A stretch of DNA of 64,000 nucleotides, taken from assembly GCA_051251915.1 (NCBI GenBank), contig JBPOGF010000003.1:32001-96000 (forward strand), read 5' to 3'. The translations under genes and the position numbers were made by a program. Position 1 is the first letter of the stretch. Each line of letters begins with the position of its first letter. The stretch comes from Akkermansiaceae bacterium (lineage in GTDB: Bacteria; Verrucomicrobiota; Verrucomicrobiia; Verrucomicrobiales; Akkermansiaceae). Under the pieces are notes generated by a model that searched no databases, was not told the origin of the DNA, and saw nothing but the letters and a program-made list of their open reading frames with translations. Positions 20,462-28,351 of the stretch are shown here, piece after piece.

Positions 20462-21289
20462 TTACTTGCGGCGACGTAGGATGAGAGCGAGACCACCGAG
20501 GCCGAGAAGGGCTGTGGATGATGGTTCTGGGATGGCATCTAAGGCGTTAATGCTTACTTCATGGATGGTGAGTCCTGAATTGCCTTGAGAATAGGCTGCG
20601 AAGTAGAATTCACCATCAGCAGAGTCAGTGAATAGTGAAGATAATTGACCCGCTGTGAGGTTAGCTGATGTTGAATTTAACGTAGCAGTACCACTACCGT
20701 CTGCGTTGACTGTGAGTGTGAATAGTTGTCTGCTGCCCAAAGTAACGGCACTGTCAAGATCATCCGATAATGAGGTGAGGGTGCCGAAGTCAGAATTTAA
20801 GCCTTGGAAGCCATTTCTCGTAGTGGCGGAAAAACCTACAGCATTTAATGCTTGGTCGGTCTGCATGAAGGCAGATAGGTTACCAGGATCTCCTGCATTA
20901 GGAGTGTTAACTGATGTGATTTCATCAACAATTCCGAAGGATGAGGTGAAAGAGGGGTTTCCTGAAGCTGCAGTGGTAAAATCCACTAACATAACAAAGC
21001 CATTACTGAGGTCAAATTGGTTTGTACTATGCATCCATGCAACACGGTTACCGCTGTTTGTTTGTGGAACGAGGTCACTTCCGGCGTCCATGAACTCTAC
21101 AGCTAACGAGCCAGCAGGGGCTCCTATATTGTTATCTCCGGTTTCAAATGTACCGCCGATCTTAGTGTTGGTAACGCCGTCACCATCAAAGGTGTCTCGA
21201 TAGACGACGGCGGCTTGTGATGCGCTGCCGGCAGCGAGTAGAGTCAGCGCAGTCAGCGCCGATGTTGTTAGTTTAGTATTTATGTTCAT
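20462..21289 (-). CDS. PEP-CTERM sorting domain protein
   Basis: Signal peptide (SQA|AV) and C-terminal IPEPSSTALLGLGGLALILRRRK. Confidence 0.93.
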   Translation of the reverse strand: MNINTKLTTSALTALTLLAAGSASQAAVVYRDTFDGDGVTNTKIGGTFETGDNNIGAPAGSLAVEFMDAGSDLVPQTNSGNRVAWMHSTNQFDLSNGFVMLVDFTTAASGNPSFTSSFGIVDEITSVNTPNAGDPGNLSAFMQTDQALNAVGFSATTRNGFQGLNSDFGTLTSLSDDLDSAVTLGSRQLFTLTVNADGSGTATLNSTSANLTAGQLSSLFTDSADGEFYFAAYSQGNSGLTIHEVSINALDAIPEPSSTALLGLGGLALILRRRK

Positions 21290-21373
21290 ATTTTTTATTC
21301 GTTTTGTGTATCATATTTTCTTATTGAGGAATTTACTCAGATATAAAAATGAGTAAATCATCACTTATTTTAA

Positions 21374-21388
21374 GCAAGTTACATACCA
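21374..21388 (-). promoter_or_regulatory. Sigma54-type -24/-12 promoter
   Basis: Minus strand TGGTAT-GTAAC-TTGC(T), canonical GG-N10-GC spacing. Confidence 0.7.
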
Positions 21389-21415
21389 AATTGTTAGATA
21401 TTAAATATGTGTATA

Positions 21416-21430
21416 GGGTAATTGTTGACC
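21416..21430. promoter_or_regulatory. Putative TF site GGGTA-N5-TGACC
   Basis: Recurrent pseudo-palindrome about 30 nt upstream of the -24 element. Confidence 0.45.
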
Positions 21431-21472
21431 TATTTGATTCGAGACTTGGAATGAGGCTAGTATACTGGCGAT

Positions 21473-21506
21473 AAAAAACCCACTGACACGCGGGGTATCA
21501 GTGGGT
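21473..21506 (-). terminator. Terminator of PEP-CTERM gene 2
   Basis: ACCCACTGACAC-gcggg-GTATCAGTGGGT hairpin with an A-run. Confidence 0.75.
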
Positions 21507-21549
21507 GAGGGTATGAAATGGTTAGAAACTGGTGTGGTTTTATTTCCAA

Positions 21550-22362
21550 TTAGTTACGGCGACGTATCAAGAGCGCTAGACCACTAAGTCCGAGTAGGGC
21601 TGTGGATGATGGTTCTGGGATTGCATCGAGCGTATCAATTGTTACTCCAAACATCTTTAAACCTGTGTTTCCTTGGGAGTTTGCGGCAAAATAGAATTCT
21701 CCGTCGCTAGAGGAGCTGAATAGGCCTGAGAATGTGCCGGCGGCAGCTGAGCCAGTGGTTGTATCAAGGCTAAAATTTGCGCTGCCGTCCGCATTCACTG
21801 TTAAGATAAATGTTTGTCTAGTTCCTAAGACAATTGCGCTATTTAGGTCTTCTATAGTTGAGAACGTTCCGAAATCTGAATTGATGCCTTGATTTCCATT
21901 TCGATCTGTAGCGGAGAGCCCAAGTGCATTAAGTGAGGTATAGGTTGCATTATCTTGTGTTAAGAATGAGGTTAGATTACCTGTTGAAAATTCGCCAGTA
22001 TCTGCAATTTCATCAATGATTCCAAAGGTAGAGGTAAACGAAGTCTGACCAGTTGCAGCAGTCTGAAAGTCGACAGTTAATGTGAATCCAGTGGATAGAT
22101 CAAACTGATTAATACTGTGCATCCATGCAACTTGGTTACCAGCGGCTGTGTCTGAAGTGAGAACGCCTTCGTCAATGAACTTACCAGCCGCAGCTACTGC
22201 GGAATTTGTTCCACTAGTGAAATCACCACCGACGCCGTTGCCATTTCCTATATTACCTTCGAAAACATCTTGGTAAACGACTACTGCTTGAGAAGCACTA
22301 GTCACGGCGAGTAGAGTCAGTGCTGTTAGCGCTGATGTTGTTTTTGTTGTATTTATTTTCAT
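21550..22362 (-). CDS. PEP-CTERM sorting domain protein (close paralog of 20462..21289)
   Basis: Signal peptide. Shared VAWMHSxNQFDLS and DGEFYFAA motifs. C-terminal IPEPSSTALLGLSGLALLIRRRN. Confidence 0.93.
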   Translation of the reverse strand: MKINTTKTTSALTALTLLAVTSASQAVVVYQDVFEGNIGNGNGVGGDFTSGTNSAVAAAGKFIDEGVLTSDTAAGNQVAWMHSINQFDLSTGFTLTVDFQTAATGQTSFTSTFGIIDEIADTGEFSTGNLTSFLTQDNATYTSLNALGLSATDRNGNQGINSDFGTFSTIEDLNSAIVLGTRQTFILTVNADGSANFSLDTTTGSAAAGTFSGLFSSSSDGEFYFAANSQGNTGLKMFGVTIDTLDAIPEPSSTALLGLSGLALLIRRRN

Positions 22363-22438
22363 GATTATTATTTGTTCCTACTGAGGGGTGAAAACAGATT
22401 GCCCAAGTAGAAGTATAGGCAACAGAAATGAAGATGGT

Positions 22439-22453
22439 GCATGAATGAGACCA
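22439..22453 (-). promoter_or_regulatory. Sigma54-type -24/-12 promoter
   Basis: Minus strand TGGTCT-CATTC-ATGC(A), at the position equivalent to 21374-21388. Confidence 0.6.
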
Positions 22454-22481
22454 AGTTGTTAGATATTGGTTGTGTATGAGA

Positions 22482-22496
22482 GGTGAAACTATGACC
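22482..22496. promoter_or_regulatory. Putative TF site GGTGA-N5-TGACC
   Basis: Recurrent pseudo-palindrome upstream of the -24 element. Confidence 0.45.
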
Positions 22497-22540
22497 CTTC
22501 TATCATAGTTTGTTTGGATGATGGTTTTGGACTAGACACA

Positions 22541-22577
22541 AAAACCCCACTGAAGCGTGGAGCTTCAGTGGGGTTTT
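22541..22577 (-). terminator. Terminator of PEP-CTERM gene 3
   Basis: Perfect 16-bp inverted repeat AAAACCCCACTGAAGC-gtgga-GCTTCAGTGGGGTTTT. Confidence 0.85.
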
Positions 22578-22602
22578 GTATGAAAATAAGTAAGTTATCT
22601 AA

Positions 22603-23334
22603 TTACTTACGTCGACGTAGGATGAGTGCAAGACCACCAAGGCCGAGAAGGGCAGTTGAACTAGGTTCTGGAACCACTTCTAGTGTGACGCTTTCGAAAA
22701 CATCATAGTATTCTGCATCTTGGAAGTCGCCTTCAAATCGATACTGTTTACTAAAGTCGAATGCAGTGGCTAGCATCCCGCTTTGAGATGTGCCGCCTAC
22801 GGAGTAACTATAATCTATACCATTTGCAGCTACTGTGATCACAACATCCTCAAAACCTGCTGTTGTTTCATCAATGGTGAGTGAACTATCAACACTAGCT
22901 CCTCCGAAAGCTAGTCCTAACGAACTAGTAGGGTGGAATGCTACGAACGAAATTGACTCAGTTCCGGAGACGAAATGATTAGTTCGTGCTTCTGTTGCTG
23001 ATGCATCAACGAGGCCGAATGTTGAGCGGTTAGCATCGCCAGGAACAGAAGCCCCAACGAGCAGATCATAGCTTACTGTGAGCGTGAAGCCACCAGTTAA
23101 GTCAAAGCTATTTAAGGACATGTAATTTCCTCGACCGTTGTGTCCAGTAGAAGGAGCGGTTAGATTACCATTGTCTACCATGCTTCCACCGGTAGTGAAC
23201 TGTTGGAGACCACCGCCAATGCCGGTGTTCGTAGCGAGCGTATCGTCATCAAAATTGTCTTGATAGACAATTGCTCCGTGAAGAGATGATGCCAGCATAG
23301 TAGCTAGCCCTGTGTGTAATAATTTGTTTTTCAT
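22603..23334 (-). CDS. PEP-CTERM sorting domain protein
   Basis: Signal peptide. YQDNFD and SFDLTGGFTLTV shared with its neighbours. C-terminal VPEPSSTALLGLGGLALILRRRK. Confidence 0.93.
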   Translation of the reverse strand: MKNKLLHTGLATMLASSLHGAIVYQDNFDDDTLATNTGIGGGLQQFTTGGSMVDNGNLTAPSTGHNGRGNYMSLNSFDLTGGFTLTVSYDLLVGASVPGDANRSTFGLVDASATEARTNHFVSGTESISFVAFHPTSSLGLAFGGASVDSSLTIDETTAGFEDVVITVAANGIDYSYSVGGTSQSGMLATAFDFSKQYRFEGDFQDAEYYDVFESVTLEVVPEPSSTALLGLGGLALILRRRK

Positions 23335-23367
23335 AATTTCTAGTTTGTGTGTTTCAGAACTTGAAGA

Positions 23368-23382
23368 GCACGTAATGTGCCA
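23368..23382 (-). promoter_or_regulatory. Sigma54-type -24/-12 promoter
   Basis: Minus strand TGGCAC-ATTAC-GTGC(T), 34 nt upstream of the ATG. Confidence 0.7.
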
Positions 23383-23500
23383 AGTTAATTGATTACATTA
23401 CAAGGTGTTATGAAATGCCTTCTGGAGCGGTAAAATGGTCCATTTATTAAGTGAGGGGTGAATAAATGATCTAATCAGGGAGAGGGGCTTCGGTTTGGTA

Positions 23501-23561
23501 GTGATTTCTGGTTTTGGGAAGAAGATGACTTTGGGGGCTTTGAGGTGGAGCTTGTGGTGAT
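23501..23561 (-). pseudogene. Decayed copy of the 3' end of the adjacent GH95-like gene
   Basis: Aligns to 23869-23948. Reads ITTSSTS(fs)APKVIFFPK-PEIT versus ITTAPTAKDPKVMFWPKGTNRPKLEIT. Confidence 0.6.
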
Positions 23562-23619
23562 CTAGTGTATTCGCTTGTAGATAGTATCGAACTTTCGATT
23601 TAGTTACCTACGGCATAGT

Positions 23620-23651
23620 AAAAATGCCATCTCAGTGTGAATCTGAGATGG
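23620..23651 (-). terminator. Terminator downstream of the orphan PEP-CTERM tail
   Basis: CCATCTCAG-tgtgaat-CTGAGATGG hairpin with an A-run on the left. Confidence 0.6.
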
Positions 23652-23684
23652 GTAAATTTAAAAAAGCGTGATCTAGTAGTTTAA

Positions 23685-23750
23685 TTATTTGCGGCGACGT
23701 AGGATGAGTGCGATGCCTCCGAGGCCGAGAAGGGCGGTGGATGATGGTTC
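23685..23750 (-). pseudogene. Orphan PEP-CTERM C-terminal remnant
   Basis: Minus strand encodes EPSSTALLGLGGIALILRRRK*. An in-frame TGA lies 12 codons upstream with no ATG/GTG/TTG in between. Confidence 0.85.
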
Positions 23751-23822
23751 AGCAAAGTTATAGATGTAGTAAAATGGGGCTCTTCAATATGAGATAAGTC
23801 AAAAAAACTAGCCTAGGAACTC

Positions 23823-26141
23823 TTAGGGTTTGCCGAAGGGTTTGGAGGGGGTTTGAATGGGGGGTGGGGTGATTTCTAGTTTGGGGCGGTTGGTGCCTTT
23901 TGGCCAGAACATGACTTTGGGGTCTTTTGCTGTGGGTGCGGTGGTGATTTTGTAGATGCCTTTGCCTAGTGAGTCTACGGTGATGCCGGGGGTGGCGGTC
24001 CATTGGGCATTTGGGATCTGGGCGTCTATTTCTACGCTGCCTCCGGCTTTAGCTTGTGGTTGGATGAGTGCCCATTGGGTTTTGCTATTTTTGCGGCTGG
24101 CGCTGACGAGGTAGGCGCCTTCGCCGCGGAGCTGGTGGAATGTGGCGTTTGGCCAGGCTTTAGGGACGGCGGGGAAGATGCGGAGTCTGCCGTTCCAGCT
24201 CTGGAGGAGCATTTCTTGGATGGCGGTGGCGCCGTGGAGTGGGGTTTCTATGACGGGGAGTGTGCCGAGTTCTACGTAGAAGGTGTTGGGGGTGAGGAAG
24301 GATTTTAGGCGGTTGAGGAAGGTGTAGGCGCGGTCGCCATCTCCTAGGAGTGATGCCATGCAGGAGCCGCCGGTGACGGAGTAGCCGAGGCCGCCTTTTT
24401 TGAATCCGTGCCAGTGGTCTAGGCTGCGGAGGATGAGGGCGCGGTCGGCTTCATTTTCTGGGGTGATGGTGCGGAGTGGGTAGATGGAGAGGAGGTGGGA
24501 CCAGTGACGGTGCATTCCTGTTAGGGGTACGTTTTTGCCGACCATGAAGCCGGTTTCGTCTGAGTGGGTGGGGACGAGTTTTTGTTTGATTTCAAGCCAT
24601 TTGGTGATGAGGGGTTCTTGGGACTTGGTGAGGTTTTTTTCTGCGGCGAGTTCTAGTAGGCGGTTGTTTGCCCAGCGGAGGACGTCGATGTCGTATGAGC
24701 AGTCTTCTGCGGAGCGGTATTCTGGGCTGTAGGTTTTGGGGAGGTGGAGGAGGCCGTCTTTTTCTTCTTTGAGGAAGTGGCGGTAGTAGTTTACTCCTTT
24801 GATGAGGAGGGGGTAGAGGACTTTGTCACGGAGCTCGGTGTCTTGCCAGTAGCGGTATTCTAGGTCGATGTTGTGGAGTGCCCAGAGGAAGTTTCCGCAT
24901 TCTGTGGCGATGTTTTTGTCCATGGGTGGCCTGCCGGTGCCGGGCTGGCCGGCGTATCCGAGGAGGTCCCAGCCGGAGGTGTTGCGGCCGATGGCGTAGG
25001 AGTCGTGTTGGAATTCTTTGGCTACGTTGAGGGCGAGGTTGTCACGGAGGAGGTCAAATTTGTTGCTGAGGGCGGAGCCCATGGCGCGGCGGTTGGCGGT
25101 GGGGAATCCGCTGTGGGCGATCTGGACGTTGAGGTTCCACCAGAGTGCGTTCCAGGCGGTGGGTTGGAGCCATGGGCCTTGGTTGTCGATGATCCATCCT
25201 TTGTCTCGGGTGGCGCAGGCGAGTTTGTATTGTTGTGCCCAGTAGAAGGCGTCCCAGTAGGCGTCGCCGGTGGAGATGAAGCTTTGTGGGTAGTAGTTGT
25301 GCCACCATGAGCGGTGGGCGGCTTGCCATTTCTTTTGGTCTGCTTTGGAGGCGGTGCGGACGGCTTGTTGGGCTTGGGCGGAGGCTTCTTTTCCGGGGAA
25401 GCTGTGTTTTACGCAGAGCCAAATTTTGAGTTTGCCTGCGGTTTTTGTTTGTTTCCAGGCGACGGCGGTTTGTCCACCTGAGTGGAGGTTTTGGACGGCT
25501 AGTTGGACTCCATCGGGTGATTTTGTGATGACGGCTGGTGGGTTGGCTGGGGAGCGAGGGTTCTTGCCGCGGATGGCGCGTGGGTTCTGGGCTAGGGCGG
25601 GGATGTAGGTGAATTCCACGTCCTTGAGGCTACCGCTGGCTGCTACTTCTGCGTAGATGATGGGTTCATTGGCGTGGACGATGGAGGTCCATTCTGCTTT
25701 GCCGCTTGAGGCGTTTAGGGTGCCGGTGGCTTCTGCGTTCCAGAGGTCTAGGTGGGCTTTGCCAGAGGTAAGTTTTTGTGGTGACTTGAGTTCAAGGTGG
25801 CCGATGAAGTGTCTGCCTCGGTTGAGGACGGTGACGTTTTTTTCGCTGAAGTCATCGTCTTCGAGTGGGCGGTGATCGTGTGCGGCTGAGCAGCCTACGG
25901 TCCAGCGGAGGGTGTTTGGATCTGTTTGGTAGATCATGGTTCCTTGCTCGCCGTTGCCGAGGAAGGGGGATTCTTTCCATTGTTTGGGAAGTTTGTTCCA
26001 GACCATGTCTTGGTTGGAGAGGAATTGGCTCCAGTTGACTTGATCGATGGAGGATTTTTTCTGTGCTGAAGCGCTGGATGAGAGTGCGATGATGGCGCTT
26101 AATATGAGGGCACAGGTGCGGTGATAGGAACGGAACTTCAT
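23823..26141 (-). CDS. Glycoside hydrolase family 95-like protein (alpha-L-fucosidase-like), secreted
   Basis: Signal peptide. FLGNGEQG, WWNLNVQ, TYSPEY, HRHWSHLLSIYP, EMLLQSW, LRIFPAVPKAW and LRGEGAYLVSA motifs. Confidence 0.8.
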   Translation of the reverse strand: MKFRSYHRTCALILSAIIALSSSASAQKKSSIDQVNWSQFLSNQDMVWNKLPKQWKESPFLGNGEQGTMIYQTDPNTLRWTVGCSAAHDHRPLEDDDFSEKNVTVLNRGRHFIGHLELKSPQKLTSGKAHLDLWNAEATGTLNASSGKAEWTSIVHANEPIIYAEVAASGSLKDVEFTYIPALAQNPRAIRGKNPRSPANPPAVITKSPDGVQLAVQNLHSGGQTAVAWKQTKTAGKLKIWLCVKHSFPGKEASAQAQQAVRTASKADQKKWQAAHRSWWHNYYPQSFISTGDAYWDAFYWAQQYKLACATRDKGWIIDNQGPWLQPTAWNALWWNLNVQIAHSGFPTANRRAMGSALSNKFDLLRDNLALNVAKEFQHDSYAIGRNTSGWDLLGYAGQPGTGRPPMDKNIATECGNFLWALHNIDLEYRYWQDTELRDKVLYPLLIKGVNYYRHFLKEEKDGLLHLPKTYSPEYRSAEDCSYDIDVLRWANNRLLELAAEKNLTKSQEPLITKWLEIKQKLVPTHSDETGFMVGKNVPLTGMHRHWSHLLSIYPLRTITPENEADRALILRSLDHWHGFKKGGLGYSVTGGSCMASLLGDGDRAYTFLNRLKSFLTPNTFYVELGTLPVIETPLHGATAIQEMLLQSWNGRLRIFPAVPKAWPNATFHQLRGEGAYLVSASRKNSKTQWALIQPQAKAGGSVEIDAQIPNAQWTATPGITVDSLGKGIYKITTAPTAKDPKVMFWPKGTNRPKLEITPPPIQTPSKPFGKP

Positions 26142-26192
26142 GGTGGTGTAGGTGGTGTGAGTGTGAATTTCTCTGTTCTAGTAGTGTGGATC

Positions 26193-26226
26193 AAAAAAAA
26201 GCGGCTTCAATGTTTATTGGAGCCGC
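26193..26226 (-). terminator. Intrinsic terminator downstream of the nitroreductase
   Basis: GCGGCTTCAAT-gttt-ATTGGAGCCGC hairpin preceded by A8. Confidence 0.75.
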
Positions 26227-26393
26227 GAAGGGGTTATTTTTTAGATGTTTAGTATCCGCCCTCGATCATTTTCGTTTGGGATGTCGGATATAAGTTACAT
26301 TAGGCAGGCCTTCCATATCAGCAGGACTAGGTAAGGCTTGTTCCTATGCGCGTGCTGGTTTTCATGTTGGTGGGTTTTTTAGGTTAGGGAGGT

Positions 26394-27047
26394 CTAGACT
26401 AGGGTAAAGATCTCATCTTCTGGGAGACGGGATTTTGGTAGTTTGGAGTTGAAGTCATCTTCGGTTCTGTAGCCGAGGGCGACTACAACTAGTGAGGTGA
26501 AGCCTTGTTGGCGGAGGCCGAATTCTTCATCGATGGCTTTGACGTCGATGCCTTCCATCGGTAGGGCGTCGATGCCAAGGGCGGCGGCGCCAAGTAGGAA
26601 GCTGCCGATGTTTAGATAGACTTGTTTGTCCATCCAGTGCTGGTGGTCTTTGTAGTCTTCTTTGTGGAGGTTAGAGAATAGTGATCTGCCGCCATGCATT
26701 TGTTGTTTGTTTTCTTCTTTTGCGTATCTGCCGTCTTTGTCTTCGACTGCTAATAGGTGCTGAAGGTAGTCCTCATCTGCGGTGAGTCTGGTGCAGAAGA
26801 CTACGACGTGTGAGGCATTGAGCACCTTGCTCTCGTTGAAGATGAATAGTCCTTGTGTGCCTTTGGCTATTCTTTTCTTCCCTTCTTCAGTGCTGGCGAT
26901 GATGAAGTGCCATGGTTGGATGTTGGTGCTAGATGGGCTCATGCGGAGGAGAGATTGAAGTTCTGCTTCGTCAGCGGCGTTGATTTTCTTTTCAGGGTCA
27001 AAGCTTTTGGTGGAGTATCTCCAGTTTACGGTTTCTGTGATGTTCAT
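26394..27047 (-). CDS. nfsB: Oxygen-insensitive NAD(P)H nitroreductase
   Basis: 217 aa. RYSTKSFD, SPSSTNIQPWHF, WMDKQVYLNIG, PMEGID and LPKSRLP motifs closely match NfsB/NfnB. Confidence 0.9.
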   Translation of the reverse strand: MNITETVNWRYSTKSFDPEKKINAADEAELQSLLRMSPSSTNIQPWHFIIASTEEGKKRIAKGTQGLFIFNESKVLNASHVVVFCTRLTADEDYLQHLLAVEDKDGRYAKEENKQQMHGGRSLFSNLHKEDYKDHQHWMDKQVYLNIGSFLLGAAALGIDALPMEGIDVKAIDEEFGLRQQGFTSLVVVALGYRTEDDFNSKLPKSRLPEDEIFTLV

Positions 27048-27086
27048 ATTGTTGTGTTGGTTATTATGATTAGGTGGGAATAATTA

Positions 27087-27154
27087 TACTATAAAAAGTA
27101 TAGTTTCAATAAAAAAGATAGTTTTGGTTGCAATCGACTATCGAATAGGATAGT
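27087..27154. promoter_or_regulatory. Candidate operators for the HxlR-family regulator
   Basis: Two inverted repeats in the divergent intergenic region: ACTAT-N7-ATAGT (27088-27104) and ACTATC-N6-GATAGT (27137-27154). Confidence 0.45.
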
Positions 27155-27203
27155 AAGGGTGAAGCTTTAAAGGCTTAGAAATCTAGGGAAGGAGAGAATC
27201 ACG

Positions 27204-27560
27204 ATGTCAGCAAAAAAAATCCATAAAATTAACGGAAAGAGCTATCCATGTTGCTGCAGTGTGACGATGGCTCTGATAGGAGGGAAATGGAAGACGGTGA
27301 TTTTGTATTACCTGATGGTGGCGAAAAAGCCGTTACGGTATAGTGAACTACGCAAGCTGATGCCGAGTGTGACGGAGCGGACATTGAGTCTTCAGCTCAA
27401 GCAGCTAGAGGCTGATGGGATAGTAGAGCGCACGGTCTATACGGATAATCCGCCTTTGAGGGTGGACTATGGGTTGACGGAATTTGGTAAGTCTTTATCG
27501 CCGCTGTTGAAGGCGATTGCGAAATGGGGTGAGCTTGCGGTGGGGGAATTGGGGGAGTGA
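27204..27560 (+). CDS. HxlR/DUF24-family winged-helix transcriptional regulator
   Basis: YPCCCSVTMALIGGKWKTVIL...LRYSEL...TERTLSLQLKQLEADGIV...PPLRVDYGLTEFG. Confidence 0.92.
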   Translation: MSAKKIHKINGKSYPCCCSVTMALIGGKWKTVILYYLMVAKKPLRYSELRKLMPSVTERTLSLQLKQLEADGIVERTVYTDNPPLRVDYGLTEFGKSLSPLLKAIAKWGELAVGELGE

Positions 27561-27602
27561 TACTATCTTGATCGTTATTCTGGCTGACTAGGTTTGATGA
27601 GT

Positions 27603-28121
27603 TTACACAGCGGCCTCTTTCAGCTCGAGAGCTTTGACCCGCATAGAAACCAACTTGCCGCTATCGAGAACTCGAGTTCCTAGCTCGACGAAGCCGTGAC
27701 GGTCGTGAAATGCAAGAGAAGCTAGGTTCGGCGGTTCGATGTCGAACTCTGCTGCGAGATGCAGTAGTTTGCGATTTAAGGTCCAATCGAAAAGGTGAGC
27801 ATAGAGCCTCTGACCGAGTCCAATCCCTCGGCACTCCCCGTCGACCACGACTCTGTCGATATAAAGAAATTCTGTTAAGTGTTCCGAAAACCAGCGGTAG
27901 TTGCCGTTGTCGTATGCGCGTCCGGCGCCGATCCCTAGTAGGAATGCGACAACCTTGCCCTCTAATTCGATGACGGTTGCGTAATCACTCATGGCAAGGA
28001 GTTCTCGATAGCGGTCGGCATTCATGGGGCTCGTAACAGCGACAGCTTCTTGATTCAGGCGCACGATGTCGTCCGAATCTTCAATTGTGGCATCTCGTAA
28101 ATAGGGCATTGTTTTATTCAT
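27603..28121 (-). CDS. GNAT-family N-acetyltransferase
   Basis: NYRWF, FLYIDRVVV, RGIGLGQRLY and PPNLASLAFH motifs. Alternative start 28109. Confidence 0.88.
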   Translation of the reverse strand: MNKTMPYLRDATIEDSDDIVRLNQEAVAVTSPMNADRYRELLAMSDYATVIELEGKVVAFLLGIGAGRAYDNGNYRWFSEHLTEFLYIDRVVVDGECRGIGLGQRLYAHLFDWTLNRKLLHLAAEFDIEPPNLASLAFHDRHGFVELGTRVLDSGKLVSMRVKALELKEAAV

Positions 28122-28351
28122 TCTTTTATTTGTCTGACTACCTATACTTACCTTTGCTCTGCTAAAAAATCACTTAAAAATGCAAGCTGACTTAGTATTT
28201 TGTTATTTTGATTTGTAGTATTGTCGTTTGTTTTCCTACTACTTGTGTGGTGATTTATGGATATGATATTCCCACGGAAAGTGCTATTTTTTACGGGGAA
28301 TTTACTGGTTTAATTACTATGTTTTCTGAGGTTTGGGGGTAGTGTGGGTGT

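Noticed and set aside
20377..22577. Repeated hairpins as a CRISPR array, REP elements or attC sites
   Set aside because: Only three copies, about 1.1 kb apart, each directly after a paralogous gene with a U-tract. Best explained as duplicated terminators. No cas or integrase gene.
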